A DNA stretch of 64,000 nt from an uncultured Sphingomonas sp. (GCA_913777475.1 CAJYRW010000087.1:5904-69903), one strand, 5' to 3'. Shown: positions 1-10,344, counted from the first letter of the stretch. Made by a program: numbers and translations. Notes: generated by a model from the sequence alone, not told the origin.

Positions 1-1216
1 CACCCCGCGCGTCATGTCCCTGCGCGAGGCGCTGGCCGCCTGGGTCGAGCATCAGTTCGTCGTGCTGCGCCGCCGCTCCGAGCATCGCCTGGGCAAGATC
101 GCCGACCGGATCGAGCTGCTCGACGGCTATCTGGTCGCCTATCTCAACCTCGACCGAGTGATCGAGATCATCCGCACCGAGGACGAGCCCAAGGCGGTGA
201 TGATCGAGGAGTTTCGCCTGACCGACCGTCAGGCCGAGGCGATCCTGAACATGCGCCTGCGGTCCTTGCGGCGGTTGGAGGAGTTCGAGATTCGCGGCGA
301 GCGCGACAAGCTCGACAAGGAACGCGAACAGCTGACCCTGCTGCTGGGCTCCGAACAGCGCCAGCGAACGCGGATGAAGAAGGATCTGGCGAAGATTCGC
401 GACCGTTATGGTCCCGAAACCGCTTTGGGCGCGCGTCGCACCGCGATCGAGGAAGCCGCCCCGACCCGCGATATTCCGCTGGAGGCGATGATCGAACGCG
501 AGCCGATCACCGTCATCCTGTCGCAGCGCGGCTGGATTCGCGCGATGAAGGGGCATGTCGACCTCGCTTCGGCCGACACCGCGAAGTTCAAGGAGGGCGA
601 CGGCCCCGCCTTTGCCTTCCATGCCCAGACGACCGACAAGCTGCTGCTGGCGGCGGCGAACGGGCGGTTCTTCACGCTGGCGGCGGACAAGCTGCCCGGC
701 GGGCGCGGCTTTGGCGAGCCGGTGCGGGCGATGATCGATCTGGACGGATCGATCGGTATCGTCGGTTTCCTGCCCGCCTCGCGGAGCCCCAAGCTGCTGG
801 TCGCCGCCTCGGACGGGCGCGGCTTCATCGTGCCCGCCGCCGATACCATCGCCGAGACTCGCAAAGGCAAGACGGTGCTGACGCCGCGCGCGGGCGCGAC
901 GCTGAAGGTCGTGCGGCCGGTCGGTGCCGAGCATGACTATGTCGCGGCGATCGGGGACAATCGCAAGCTGCTGGTCTTCCCGCTGACCGAGTTCGTCGAG
1001 CTTTCGCGCGGCACCGGCGTCCAGCTTCAGCGTTATCGCGACGGCGGCCTGTCTGACGCGACGACGTTCGCGTTCAAGGACGGGCTCAGCTGGCCGATGG
1101 GCGGCGATACCGGGCGGGTGCGGACGGAAACCGATCTGTCGGCCTGGCGTACCGCACGCGGCGCGGCGGGACGGATGCCGCCCACCGGCTTCCCGCGCGA
1201 CAACCGCTTCGACTGA
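1..1216 (+). CDS. parC: DNA topoisomerase IV subunit A (5'-truncated by window edge)
   Basis: AYLNLDRVIEIIR and QAEAILNMRLRSL segments plus the C-terminal pinwheel region typical of alphaproteobacterial ParC; frame is open to the window start. Confidence 0.95.
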   Translation, partial: TPRVMSLREALAAWVEHQFVVLRRRSEHRLGKIADRIELLDGYLVAYLNLDRVIEIIRTEDEPKAVMIEEFRLTDRQAEAILNMRLRSLRRLEEFEIRGERDKLDKEREQLTLLLGSEQRQRTRMKKDLAKIRDRYGPETALGARRTAIEEAAPTRDIPLEAMIEREPITVILSQRGWIRAMKGHVDLASADTAKFKEGDGPAFAFHAQTTDKLLLAAANGRFFTLAADKLPGGRGFGEPVRAMIDLDGSIGIVGFLPASRSPKLLVAASDGRGFIVPAADTIAETRKGKTVLTPRAGATLKVVRPVGAEHDYVAAIGDNRKLLVFPLTEFVELSRGTGVQLQRYRDGGLSDATTFAFKDGLSWPMGGDTGRVRTETDLSAWRTARGAAGRMPPTGFPRDNRFD

Positions 1217-1309
1217 CCGGTCGGCCCCGTTGCGGAACGGGGCAGGGACAATCGCGCGGCCGATCGGAACCATTTGCGATCGGACTCCCTGGGCGGCTCC
1301 GGGTCGGAA

Positions 1310-1325
1310 TTTAGGCGGTTTTAAC
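1310..1325 (+). promoter_or_regulatory. Near-consensus CtrA box upstream of the GGDEF-EAL gene
   Basis: TTTA-N7-TTAAC versus consensus TTAA-N7-TTAAC, about 25 nt before ATG 1350. Confidence 0.4.
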
Positions 1326-1349
1326 ATTCCCCCGCTAGGCCATCTAAAG

Positions 1350-3014
1350 ATGGCTTCGATTGCGTATCCGGCGAAACGCTCCACGACACGGCACGTCGGG
1401 TTGATGACGTCGTGCGCCATCGGTATCATGGCCATTCCCGCTGCCGAGATTTCGGCAGCGGGAGGCAAGATCGACATCGTGGTCGCCAATGACGCGTTCC
1501 GACGCGCCTGCCTGCATGATGGCCTGACCCAGGCGATGCTGCTGGCCGAGCTGATCGAGCGAGTCGAGCCGTTCCTGGCGTCGGACCGCCAGTCGATCGA
1601 ATTCCCGATGCAGCTGGGCGATGTGATCGACGCCCGCTATTTCCAAGCCACGCTGACCCGCTCGGCCGAAGACCAGTCCGATGCCTGCGTCCTGATGCTG
1701 GTCGACCAGACCGCGCAGCACCACACCGAACGCAGCCTGCGTCGGGAGATGACGACCGACAGCCTGACCGGCCTGCCCAACCGGCAAGGCTTTGGCGACC
1801 TGATCGAGGCGGTGATGGCCACCGGTCAGCGCCATGCGGTGCTGGTGATCGACATCAACCGGTTCGGCCGGTTGAACGCCTGCATGGGCTCGCTGGTCGG
1901 CGACGAACTGCTCATCACGGTTGCGCGTCGCTTGAGAGGGGCGCTGCGGTCGCGCGACTCGATCGGAAGGATCGGGGGCAACGAGTTCGGCATCCTGATG
2001 ATGATCGACGGCAGCGAGGACGAGGCGCATGTCCTGGCCGACCGCATCGATCGCGCGCTTCGGGCGCCATTTCGGCTGACCGATTACGAAGTCAATGTCG
2101 AAGGATCGGTGGGCATCGCCTTCAACGAGGGTCCCGACGACGATGCAGAAGAACTGATCCGGCACGCCCAGTTTGCGGTGAAGCACGCCAAGGCGGCCGG
2201 CCGCACGCAAATCTATCACCCCCAGGCCTTCACCATCGCCCGTGCCCAGTTCGCAATGGAAACCGCGCTGCGCCGCGCGATCGAGCAGGACGAACTGCAT
2301 CTGGCCTATCAGCCGATCTGCGACCTGTCCTCCGGCAAGACGGTGTCGTTCGAGGCGCTGGCGCGGTGGTGCGATGCCGATGGCAGGCATCACTCGCCCG
2401 CCGATTTCATCCCGGTCGCCGAGGAATCGGGGCTGATCATGCCGCTCGGCCGTTGGGCGGTCACCAAGGCGCTGGGGCAGCTGGCGGCGTGGGATCGGGC
2501 GGCGGGTGGCGACTGCGGTGTGCGCATGTCGGTCAACGTTTCGGCGATCCAGCTACAGCGCGACGACATTCCGACGATGATCCGGGACGCGCTGGCCGAT
2601 ACGGGTATTGCGGGCGAGCGGCTGACGCTGGAGCTGACCGAAAGCGCGATCGTCGGCGATCCCGACCGGGTGACCGCGATCCTGGAGGCGTTGAAGGCGC
2701 TGGGTACCACGATCGCGATGGACGATTTCGGCACCGGCTATTCCAGCCTGGCCTATCTTCAGAAGCTGCCGATCGACGTGCTCAAGATCGACCGGAGCTT
2801 CGTCTCGGGCATGTTGGCCGACCGCGACAAGATCGCGATCGTCCGCGCGATCCTGGGCCTCGCCCAGGCGCTGGGCATGAAGACCACCGCCGAGGGGATC
2901 GAGGCGATCGAGTTGGGCCAGACGCTGGCGGCGCTAGGCTGTACCTATGGCCAGGGCTATTATTATTCGCGGCCGCTCGAACCCGATGCCGCCTGGGCGC
3001 TGATCGCGCGTTAG
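1350..3014 (+). CDS. GGDEF-EAL protein (GGNEF variant, intact EAL domain)
   Basis: DSLTGLPNR and GRIGGNEF; FEALAR, ELTES, DDFGTGYSS, KIDRSF, EGIE, QGY motifs; start chosen at ATG 1350. Confidence 0.9.
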   Translation: MASIAYPAKRSTTRHVGLMTSCAIGIMAIPAAEISAAGGKIDIVVANDAFRRACLHDGLTQAMLLAELIERVEPFLASDRQSIEFPMQLGDVIDARYFQATLTRSAEDQSDACVLMLVDQTAQHHTERSLRREMTTDSLTGLPNRQGFGDLIEAVMATGQRHAVLVIDINRFGRLNACMGSLVGDELLITVARRLRGALRSRDSIGRIGGNEFGILMMIDGSEDEAHVLADRIDRALRAPFRLTDYEVNVEGSVGIAFNEGPDDDAEELIRHAQFAVKHAKAAGRTQIYHPQAFTIARAQFAMETALRRAIEQDELHLAYQPICDLSSGKTVSFEALARWCDADGRHHSPADFIPVAEESGLIMPLGRWAVTKALGQLAAWDRAAGGDCGVRMSVNVSAIQLQRDDIPTMIRDALADTGIAGERLTLELTESAIVGDPDRVTAILEALKALGTTIAMDDFGTGYSSLAYLQKLPIDVLKIDRSFVSGMLADRDKIAIVRAILGLAQALGMKTTAEGIEAIELGQTLAALGCTYGQGYYYSRPLEPDAAWALIAR

Positions 3015-4162
3015 GCCTGAGCCACCGCCGCGTCGGCCAGTTCGCCGACCCGCGCCGCATCGGGAAAGCCTTCCGCGATCCACTGCGTCTCGACCTGACG
3101 GAGCAGCCGCGCGACCTCTGGCCCCTTGCTAATCCCGCGCTCGACCAAGGCTCCGCCGGTCAGCGGCAGGGCAGGGGGCGTCCAGTCACGAAGCGGTTCG
3201 ATCGACTCGCCCGCCAACAACAACCGGTCGACCGCGCCGACCATCCCCGTGCGATAGGCCAGCGCGCGGGGCCCTTCGTCACCCGGCCCCGCCGTAGCGG
3301 CGATCAGCCGCTTGCGATCCGTGTTGGACAGCTTCAGCCGGGCGCCCACCGGCTCGGCGGCCTGGGGCGGTAGCAGCGCGGCGAGTCGCCGGATCGCATC
3401 GGGGGCGACCCCTGCGGTCTCTTCTCGCTCGGCCAGCGCGGTCAGCCGGGCGACGCCATCCGCGTCGATTTCGGGAATGACGGCGCGGAAGATGCCATGC
3501 TCGACCATCAGCGTGACGACCGGCACCGCGCGCGCCGCGACCAGCAGCTTGAGCAGTTCGGCGGCGATCCGCTCGCGCGATAGGGCCATCAGATCGTTGG
3601 CCCGCGCGGCGCAGGCGGCCAGCCCGGCCTCGTCGATGGCATCGCCGAAGCGCGCATGAAAGCGGAAGAAGCGCAGGATGCGCAGATGATCCTCGGCAAT
3701 GCGCTGCAACGGATCGCCGATGAAGCGGACGCGCCCGGCCTTCAGGTCGTCCAACCCACTGAAATAGTCGAAGATCCGCCCCGTCGCCGGATCGGCATAG
3801 AGCGCATTCATCGTGAAGTCGCGCCGGCCTGCATCCTCGCGCCAGTCGTCGGTGAAGGCGACGACGGCGTGGCGGCCATCGGTCGACACGTCGCGGCGCA
3901 GCGTCGTCACCTCGACCGGCCCGTCGGGTAGGACCGCGGTGATCGTGCCGTGCGCGATGCCGGTGGGCACGGGCTTGAACCCGCTGTCGCGCACGCGGTC
4001 GATCACGGTTTCGGGAGAGAGCGGCGTCGCCAGGTCGATATCGGCGACCGGAATGCCCAGCAGGCTGTCGCGCACCGCCCCCCCGACAAAACGCGCCTCC
4101 AGCCGCTCGGCCAGCGCGACCAGCTCGGGGCGGTCGGCCCAAGGCGTCTCGCTTGGGCTCAT
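3011..4162 (-). CDS. cca: CCA tRNA nucleotidyltransferase
   Basis: VGGAVRD, DIDLAT, EVTTLR, RRDFTMNA, EDHLRILRFFRF; ATGA overlap with the upstream NUDIX gene. Confidence 0.9.
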   Translation of the reverse strand: MSPSETPWADRPELVALAERLEARFVGGAVRDSLLGIPVADIDLATPLSPETVIDRVRDSGFKPVPTGIAHGTITAVLPDGPVEVTTLRRDVSTDGRHAVVAFTDDWREDAGRRDFTMNALYADPATGRIFDYFSGLDDLKAGRVRFIGDPLQRIAEDHLRILRFFRFHARFGDAIDEAGLAACAARANDLMALSRERIAAELLKLLVAARAVPVVTLMVEHGIFRAVIPEIDADGVARLTALAEREETAGVAPDAIRRLAALLPPQAAEPVGARLKLSNTDRKRLIAATAGPGDEGPRALAYRTGMVGAVDRLLLAGESIEPLRDWTPPALPLTGGALVERGISKGPEVARLLRQVETQWIAEGFPDAARVGELADAAVAQA

Positions 4163-4752
4163 GCCGTCCATTGCAGCCGCCGCGACAGGTTGACGATCAT
4201 CGCGGCGGTCGCGCCCCAGATGCGCCGGTCGTTCCATATTATCTCGTAGAAATGGCGGGTCTGGCCGCGCCACGGCGCGCTGACCCGGTGGTGATGGGCA
4301 GGATCGAGCAGGAAGGACAGCGGCACCTCGAACAGCGCGGCCACTTCCGCCTCGGCAGGTGTCAGGATTAGGTCGGGCGGGATGACGCCCAGCACCGGTG
4401 TCACCTCGAACCCCGTGACGGTGCGATAGCGGTCGGCCAGCCCGACCACGGTCACCGCGCGCGGCGACAGGCCGATCTCCTCCTCCGCCTCGCGCAGCGC
4501 GGTAGCGACCAGATCGACATCGCCCGGATCGGCGCGCCCGCCGGGAAAGGCGACCTGGCCCGCATGGTTGCGCAGGCTCTCGGTCCGCTGGGTCAGGACG
4601 ACACCTGGCTCGGCCCGGTCGGTCACCGGAACCAGCACGGCGGCGGCGGTGGGCGGCGCGCTCACCTCATGCGGCTCGACGCCATCGCCGGTCAGCAAAT
4701 CCTGAGCCGGAATACGCGCCATAGCCTGAGCCAGCCTTTCGGCCAGCGTCAT
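4159..4752 (-). CDS. CoA pyrophosphatase (NUDIX, NudL-like)
   Basis: AAVLVP, LTQR..HAGQVAFPGG..TALREAEEEIGL Nudix box, IWGATA. Confidence 0.9.
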   Translation of the reverse strand: MTLAERLAQAMARIPAQDLLTGDGVEPHEVSAPPTAAAVLVPVTDRAEPGVVLTQRTESLRNHAGQVAFPGGRADPGDVDLVATALREAEEEIGLSPRAVTVVGLADRYRTVTGFEVTPVLGVIPPDLILTPAEAEVAALFEVPLSFLLDPAHHHRVSAPWRGQTRHFYEIIWNDRRIWGATAAMIVNLSRRLQWTA

Positions 4753-5321
4753 GCGGGCGCTGCCGGGGTCAAGGGAAAGAAGGCGCCCTGGCTCCACAGG
4801 CCGGGTTGCGCCACGTCATCGGCCAGCGCCAACTCGGCCAGCTCATAATAGACCGGCCGCGCGATCAGCGCCTCCAGCCCGTCCCGCACATGAAGATAGG
4901 GGCGGGGCCCATCCTCACCCTCGACGAAACGTAAAGGATGGTCGGGCCCAGCGGCGACCAGATCGCCGGTGTTGAGCTGGAACACCAGTCGCGCGTCACG
5001 GCCTTTGCCCTCGGCCTTCAGCGTGGTGGCGACGAAGGGCGCGTCCTCGACCGCGATGTCGAGCTTTTCGACCGGCGTGACCAGGACGTGGCGGCCATCG
5101 GGCTCGCGGCGCAGGATGGTGGAGAACAGCCGGACCATCGCAGGGCGGGTGATCGGGCTGCCCTGGTGAAACCAGGTGCCGTCGCGGGCGATCCGCATCT
5201 CGCTGTCACCGCAATGGGTCGGGTTCCACTGCGCGACGGGGGGCAGCTTCTGCGCCTCCATCGCCTGGACGATTTCGGCCAGGCTGAGCGCGGACAGGTC
5301 GGGGGGCGGTGCCATCGGCAT
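4749..5321 (-). CDS. DUF1285 family protein
   Basis: PPVAQWNPTHCGDSEMRIARDGTWFHQGSPI, LVTPVEK, VEDAPF. Confidence 0.85.
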   Translation of the reverse strand: MPMAPPPDLSALSLAEIVQAMEAQKLPPVAQWNPTHCGDSEMRIARDGTWFHQGSPITRPAMVRLFSTILRREPDGRHVLVTPVEKLDIAVEDAPFVATTLKAEGKGRDARLVFQLNTGDLVAAGPDHPLRFVEGEDGPRPYLHVRDGLEALIARPVYYELAELALADDVAQPGLWSQGAFFPLTPAAPA

Positions 5322-5368
5322 GATGCGGTCGAGGTAGGGACGCAAAGGCCCCAGGTAAAGCCCGGCGC

Positions 5369-5881
5369 TCAAACCGCCGCCGGATCGGGGCCGAGCATCC
5401 CGGCCAGCGCAGGCACATCGGGCCCGCGCGCCAGCAGGCGGTGCCGCTCGACCGGGCCGGGCAGGCGCCACTCGGCGGTGCGCTCGGCGGTGAAGCCGAA
5501 GAAGCGGCCATAATATTCCGGGTCGCCGATCAGCATCATCGCGCGGTCCAGCCCTTGCGCGGCGGCGATGTCCAGCATGTGGCCAAGCAGTTCGCGGCCG
5601 ATGCCGCCCTGTTGATGATCGGGCTCGACCGCGACTGGCCCCACCATCACCATGGGATGCGCGGTGCCCCGATCGTCGGTCAGTGCGACCGGCCAGCACT
5701 GGATCGACCCGATCAGCGTATCGCCCTCCATCGCGGCGAAGCACAAGGCGGCGATCGGCTGGATGCTGCCGCGCACCTTATAGGCGGTGCGCGCCTGCCG
5801 CCCCGGCGGGAAGGCACGGTCGAGCAGCGCCTCGACCGCATCGGGGGCGACCGCGTCGAGCGGGGCGAGGGCGGTCTTCAC
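5369..5881 (-). CDS. GNAT N-acetyltransferase (YhbS-like)
   Basis: GPVAVEPDHQQGGIG and LIGDPEYYGRFFGF; GTG start inferred. Confidence 0.85.
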   Translation of the reverse strand: MKTALAPLDAVAPDAVEALLDRAFPPGRQARTAYKVRGSIQPIAALCFAAMEGDTLIGSIQCWPVALTDDRGTAHPMVMVGPVAVEPDHQQGGIGRELLGHMLDIAAAQGLDRAMMLIGDPEYYGRFFGFTAERTAEWRLPGPVERHRLLARGPDVPALAGMLGPDPAAV

Positions 5882-6006
5882 GGTCAAGGGCCAGGGGTCC
5901 GGTGACGGGAGGGGGACGCGCGCCCTTAGCGCGACGGGGCGGCGATGCAAGCCTTGCGTGGGCCCTAACCCTTCCCTTGCCCGTCCGCTCTGCTAGAGGC
6001 GCTGGC

Positions 6007-6375
6007 ATGGAAGACCGTCTCCAACTCGAAGTCCACGACCTCGAAGTCCAGGTGCTGACCGGCATCTATTCCGAGGAAACCCATCTGCCGCAGCCGCTGC
6101 GCATCTCGCTGACAGTCGATCTCGACTGTCCGGCGCGCTATACGCCCGACAGCCCGCTGACCGAGTCGAAAAATTATCTCGACCTGAAACACGCCGCGAC
6201 CCACTTGCCCGAAGGCGTGCATTTCACGCTGATCGAGGGGGTTGCGGACCATATCTGCGACACGCTCTTCCTGCAGGACAAGCGGGTGACGCGGGTGCAG
6301 GTGAAGATCGTCAAGCTGGCCATCGCCGAAGATGGCGAGGCGATCGGTATCACCCTGGTCCGGCACCGGCGCTGA
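6007..6375 (+). CDS. folB: Dihydroneopterin aldolase
   Basis: TGIYSEE..PQPL, NYLD, FTLIEGVA; ATG at 6007. Confidence 0.85.
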   Translation: MEDRLQLEVHDLEVQVLTGIYSEETHLPQPLRISLTVDLDCPARYTPDSPLTESKNYLDLKHAATHLPEGVHFTLIEGVADHICDTLFLQDKRVTRVQVKIVKLAIAEDGEAIGITLVRHRR

Positions 6376-6380
6376 GCGGC

Positions 6381-6668
6381 ATGACCGCGCGGCGACTCGA
6401 TCTGGCGCCCGACGTCGATATCGTGCGCATGGTCGCCGCGCATCCCGGCGTCGATCTGGTGCTGGTGATCCAGCCGGGCCGCGATTCGATCGCCCAGGCG
6501 ATGGTCGAAGCGGCGGTCGCGCCGCTGGCGGTGGCGGCGGCGCCATCGGCACGGATCAACGCCGTGCTGGTCGGCGAGGGGGCGGGAGAGGCGGCGGTCG
6601 CGGCGGCGGTCGCCTATCTGGCCGCCGCCCATGCCGTCACCGGTCAGTTGCTGGCCGTCGGCACCTGA
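6381..6668 (+). CDS. Short Rossmann/SDR C-terminal-like protein
   Basis: LA..AP..RINAV and YLAAAHAVTGQLLAV resemble an SDR C-terminus; follows folB directly. Confidence 0.65.
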   Translation: MTARRLDLAPDVDIVRMVAAHPGVDLVLVIQPGRDSIAQAMVEAAVAPLAVAAAPSARINAVLVGEGAGEAAVAAAVAYLAAAHAVTGQLLAVGT

Positions 6669-7537
6669 CGCTCGCGTCCGCAGCGGCCCAGCTTCTGCAG
6701 GACGAAGCGATAATCGTCGCGCGCCGCCTGCGCATCCTCGGGCGACAGCGAGGCCGTGCTGCGATCGGGCAGCGATTCCGGCAGCGCGCAGGCCAGCCGA
6801 TACCAGAGCAGCGTATCGCGCGCCGGGGGCGCGGCCGATTCGTCGACGATCTCGCTCAGCGCCACCGCATAGCGACGCTCTTCGCCCGGACGGCGAAGCA
6901 CCGATAGGGAAACGGGGCGATTGTTCGCGGTGGTCAAGAAAATCTGCGTCTCGCCCTCGCCGGGGAGCGTGCCCGGCACGTAGAAGGCGTTGCCGACGCC
7001 GGTGATGACCGGCGGCGCGTCCGCCGACAGGGCGTCGCGGGTGATAGTACGGCTGCGCTGTTCCGTGTCGGGCGTCCAGGGCAGCTGGGCATCGGGCGCG
7101 ACCAGCTGCAACTGGTCGGCGGCGTTCGGTACCCGGCGCGCATAGATCAGGACACGCATCTTGCGCAGCTTCGGCGCGCGCCCACGCGCATCGGTCGCCG
7201 CATCGAACAGATAGCCGACGCGCGAGGGCAGGCCGCCCGCGCCGCGGATCAGTGCGCCGACATCCGCCTCGACATAAAAACGCTGATGGCCGGGCGCGAC
7301 CCCGGCCGCCTCCGCTCCCTTGATCGCGGTCGCCGACCGGATGGTCACATCGGCAATAACGGGGGCCGACAGCACCAGATCGGCCAGATCGGCATAGCCA
7401 GGCCCTGTTGGCGCTACCATCGAATCGCCCGGCGGCATCGACGGCGCGGTGGCGACCTGGGCCAAAACGGGGACAGTAAGGACGGGAATCGCCAGCGTCA
7501 AAACGCAAGCGCGAATGGCGTGGGGCAGCGGATTCAT
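6644..7537 (-). CDS. Exported hypothetical protein
   Basis: Signal peptide (VLA-Q), typical codon bias, 297 aa. Confidence 0.75.
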   Translation of the reverse strand: MNPLPHAIRACVLTLAIPVLTVPVLAQVATAPSMPPGDSMVAPTGPGYADLADLVLSAPVIADVTIRSATAIKGAEAAGVAPGHQRFYVEADVGALIRGAGGLPSRVGYLFDAATDARGRAPKLRKMRVLIYARRVPNAADQLQLVAPDAQLPWTPDTEQRSRTITRDALSADAPPVITGVGNAFYVPGTLPGEGETQIFLTTANNRPVSLSVLRRPGEERRYAVALSEIVDESAAPPARDTLLWYRLACALPESLPDRSTASLSPEDAQAARDDYRFVLQKLGRCGRERQVPTASN

Positions 7538-7752
7538 CGTTTCGCGCTACTCCTTTGGCCGTTAACGGTACAGAAATAATTTCGTCACGGGACGGTTGTA
7601 CGTTTATTACGTCCGACAAACTGATTGCACCGCGCCAGCCGTCACGATAGGGTCCAAGGCTCTGCCGCATGCCGTAAGAGCATGGCAGGAGTTTCCCACG
7701 TCCCCACGCTACGGCGAGGCGAAACTGGCAGACTGAGGAGTTTCGTTGCTGA

Positions 7753-8433
7753 ATGGCCTATACTGACCAGAAGATGTCCGGGGGCAAGGTGGTCGCGATC
7801 GTTATCGTCGTGCTCATCCATGCTGCCCTGGGCTATGCCTTCGTCACGGGGCTGGCTTACCAGTACGTGAAGAAGGCGACCGAGAAGCTCAACACGTTCG
7901 ACGTGCAAGAGCCGCCGCCCCCACCCCCGCCGGAAGAGCCGCCGCCCCCGCCGCCGCCGGACCAGCCCAACCTGCCGCCGCCGCCGACCACGGTGGTGAC
8001 GCCGCCGCCCGTCGTTCCGTTGCCCAGCCAGGCGCCGACGATGGCCACGACGAACGTCATCCCCGTGAGCCAGCCGACCGCGCCGCCGGCCCCGCCTGCA
8101 CCGCCGGCTCCGCCTGCGCCGCCGGCCCCGGTGATCTCGAAGGCCGCCGGTCTGAAGGGTAACCCGGGTCAGTTCTTCGGTCCCGACGCCTATCCGCCCT
8201 CGGCCCAGCGCGAAGGCGCGGAAGGTCGCGTGTCGGCCAAGCTGTCGATCGGCACCGATGGTCGCGTCACCGAATGCTCGATCCTGTCGAGCAGCGGCAA
8301 CCGGGCCCTGGACGATGCGACGTGCCGCATTTCGAAGGCGCGCGTCCGCTTCACCCCGGCGCTCGACCAGAGCGGCAGCCCGATCTCGTCGAGCTACACG
8401 CTTAATATCCGTTGGCAGCTGCCACAGGAATAA
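7753..8433 (+). CDS. tonB: TonB energy transducer
   Basis: N-terminal TM helix with His, Pro-rich linker, YPPSA..EG TonB C-terminal domain; GAGGAG RBS. Confidence 0.92.
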   Translation: MAYTDQKMSGGKVVAIVIVVLIHAALGYAFVTGLAYQYVKKATEKLNTFDVQEPPPPPPPEEPPPPPPPDQPNLPPPPTTVVTPPPVVPLPSQAPTMATTNVIPVSQPTAPPAPPAPPAPPAPPAPVISKAAGLKGNPGQFFGPDAYPPSAQREGAEGRVSAKLSIGTDGRVTECSILSSSGNRALDDATCRISKARVRFTPALDQSGSPISSSYTLNIRWQLPQE

Positions 8434-8484
8434 CGGCTAAAAGCCGAAACAACCCAACGCTTTAGTCAGAGGACCTAACCAACC

Positions 8485-9279
8485 ATGCTCACCACCATCC
8501 TCGCCGCGGGCGGCGCAGCGGCCGGTGCCGAAAATCCGTACGGCCTGGGCCAGGCCCTGAAGGAAGGCGGCCTCATCTCGCAGTCGGTGTTCACCATCCT
8601 CTGCTTGATGTCGATCGTCTCCTTCTACATCCTGTTCTCGAAGCTGTTCGAGCAGCAGAAGATCATCAACCAGGCGAAGCGCGTCCGTCAGAGCTTCTGG
8701 TCGTCGAACTCGCTGCGCGAAGGTTCGGCCAAGCTCGAGAAGAACTCGGCCTACAAGCAGATCGTCGACGACGGTCTGGCCGCGCAGGACCAGCACTCGA
8801 AGCTGACCGATCCGGTCGAAGCGCATGACTGGCTGCACGGCTCGCTGGCGCGTTCGGAAGCCGCGATCAACTCGAAGCTGGGCGGCGGTCTCGCCTTCCT
8901 GGCGACCGTCGGTGCGACCGCGCCGTTCATCGGTCTGTTCGGTACGGTTATCGGTATTTACCGCGCGCTCATCAAGATCGGCTCGTCGGGCCAGGCCTCG
9001 ATCGACGCCGTCGCCGGTCCGGTCGGTGAAGCGCTCATCATGACCGCTCTGGGTCTGGTCGTCGCGGTTCCGGCCGTGCTCGCCTACAACTGGCTGCAGC
9101 GTCGCAACAAGGGCATCGCCGAAGACCTGTCGTCGTTCTCGAACGACGTGCTGGGCTTCCTGGCCTCGAACGGTGCGGTTCGTCCGGCCGTTGCCGGCGC
9201 CGCCAAGCCGGCCGCCGTCAAGGCTCCGGCTGGCACCACCACGGCCGGTCAGGCCGGTGGCGTTCAGACCCGCGCCTGA
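8485..9279 (+). CDS. exbB: MotA/TolQ/ExbB proton channel
   Basis: LATVGATAPFIGLFGTVIGI and EALIMTALGL. Confidence 0.93.
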   Translation: MLTTILAAGGAAAGAENPYGLGQALKEGGLISQSVFTILCLMSIVSFYILFSKLFEQQKIINQAKRVRQSFWSSNSLREGSAKLEKNSAYKQIVDDGLAAQDQHSKLTDPVEAHDWLHGSLARSEAAINSKLGGGLAFLATVGATAPFIGLFGTVIGIYRALIKIGSSGQASIDAVAGPVGEALIMTALGLVVAVPAVLAYNWLQRRNKGIAEDLSSFSNDVLGFLASNGAVRPAVAGAAKPAAVKAPAGTTTAGQAGGVQTRA

Positions 9280-9285
9280 GCTTAA

Positions 9286-9350
9286 GGGGGCGGAGTGGCG
9301 GTTTTCGGATCGCCACTTCGCCACCCCCCGCCGGTCCAGTTCGGACCGGC
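9286..9350 (+). other. Two intercistronic hairpins between exbB and exbD
   Basis: ggggcggagtggcg..cgccacttcgccacccc and gccggtcc-agttc-ggaccggc, neither followed by a U-tract. Confidence 0.55.
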
Positions 9351-9380
9351 GATAGAATGCATGGATAGGATAGCTCTCTC

Positions 9381-9854
9381 ATGGCGATGAGCGTTGGCGG
9401 GGACTCCGCCGAGAAACCGATGTCGGAGATCAACACGACGCCCCTCGTGGACGTCATGCTGGTTCTCCTCATCATCTTCCTGATCGCGGTTCCGGTCGTG
9501 ATTCAGACCGTCAAGTTGAAGCTGCCGAACGTCCGCTTCGACCCGACGACGACCAAGCCGGAAAACGTGTCGCTCTCGGTCACCAGCGAGAATGGCCAGT
9601 GCAAGGTCTATTGGGGTCTGAGCCCCGTGACCTCGACCGAGCTGCGCGACCGCGCGGTGGCGAAGCTGAAGGCCGAAGTCGAACGGCTTGGCCCGAACAT
9701 CACGCCGGATCAGCTGCCCGAGGCGCATATTCGCGGCGACGTGAATGCGCCCTACCGTTGCATCGGCGGCACCATCTATACGATGCAGTCGGCGGGTTTT
9801 TCCCGCGTCGGCTTCATCTCCGAGCCGCCCCCCGGCGGCAACCCCCGCGCCTGA
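9381..9854 (+). CDS. exbD: ExbD/TolR
   Basis: EINTTPLVDVMLVLLIIF and IRGD. Confidence 0.93.
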   Translation: MAMSVGGDSAEKPMSEINTTPLVDVMLVLLIIFLIAVPVVIQTVKLKLPNVRFDPTTTKPENVSLSVTSENGQCKVYWGLSPVTSTELRDRAVAKLKAEVERLGPNITPDQLPEAHIRGDVNAPYRCIGGTIYTMQSAGFSRVGFISEPPPGGNPRA

Positions 9855-9888
9855 TCGGCCGGGCGGACACAATAGGAGTTAGCACGCC

Positions 9889-10314
9889 ATGGCAATGAGC
9901 GCCGGATCTGATGATGGCGAGCCGATGATGGACATGAACACGACGCCGTTGATCGACGTCATGCTCGTGCTCCTCATCATGTTCATCATCACCATCCCGA
10001 TCCAGACTCACGCGGTGAAGGTCGACCTCCCCGTCAACTCGCCCAACAATCAGCCGATTGTGAACAGCGAGAAGAACAAGGTGGGTATCGACGCTGCTGG
10101 CATCGTGACCTGGAACGGTGCCCCGGTCGACGAAGTGACGCTGCGCCAGTATCTGGACCAGACCGCTTCGATGAACCCGGAGCCCGAACTGCACTTCCAG
10201 CCGGCGCCCGACGCAAAGTACGCCAAGGTCGACGAGACCCTGGCCGTGATCAAGCGTTCGGCGGTCAAGAAGCTCGGCTTCATCGGCAACGAGCAGTATC
10301 GCAACGACTTCTGA
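9889..10314 (+). CDS. exbD: ExbD/TolR (second copy)
   Basis: MNTTPLIDVMLVLLIMF. Confidence 0.93.
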   Translation: MAMSAGSDDGEPMMDMNTTPLIDVMLVLLIMFIITIPIQTHAVKVDLPVNSPNNQPIVNSEKNKVGIDAAGIVTWNGAPVDEVTLRQYLDQTASMNPEPELHFQPAPDAKYAKVDETLAVIKRSAVKKLGFIGNEQYRNDF

Positions 10315-10344
10315 TCCTTCGCGATCAGGTCGATGCCGAATATC

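Noticed and set aside
7910-8130. Low-complexity CCG tandem repeats
   Set aside because: Ordinary Pro-rich TonB linker.
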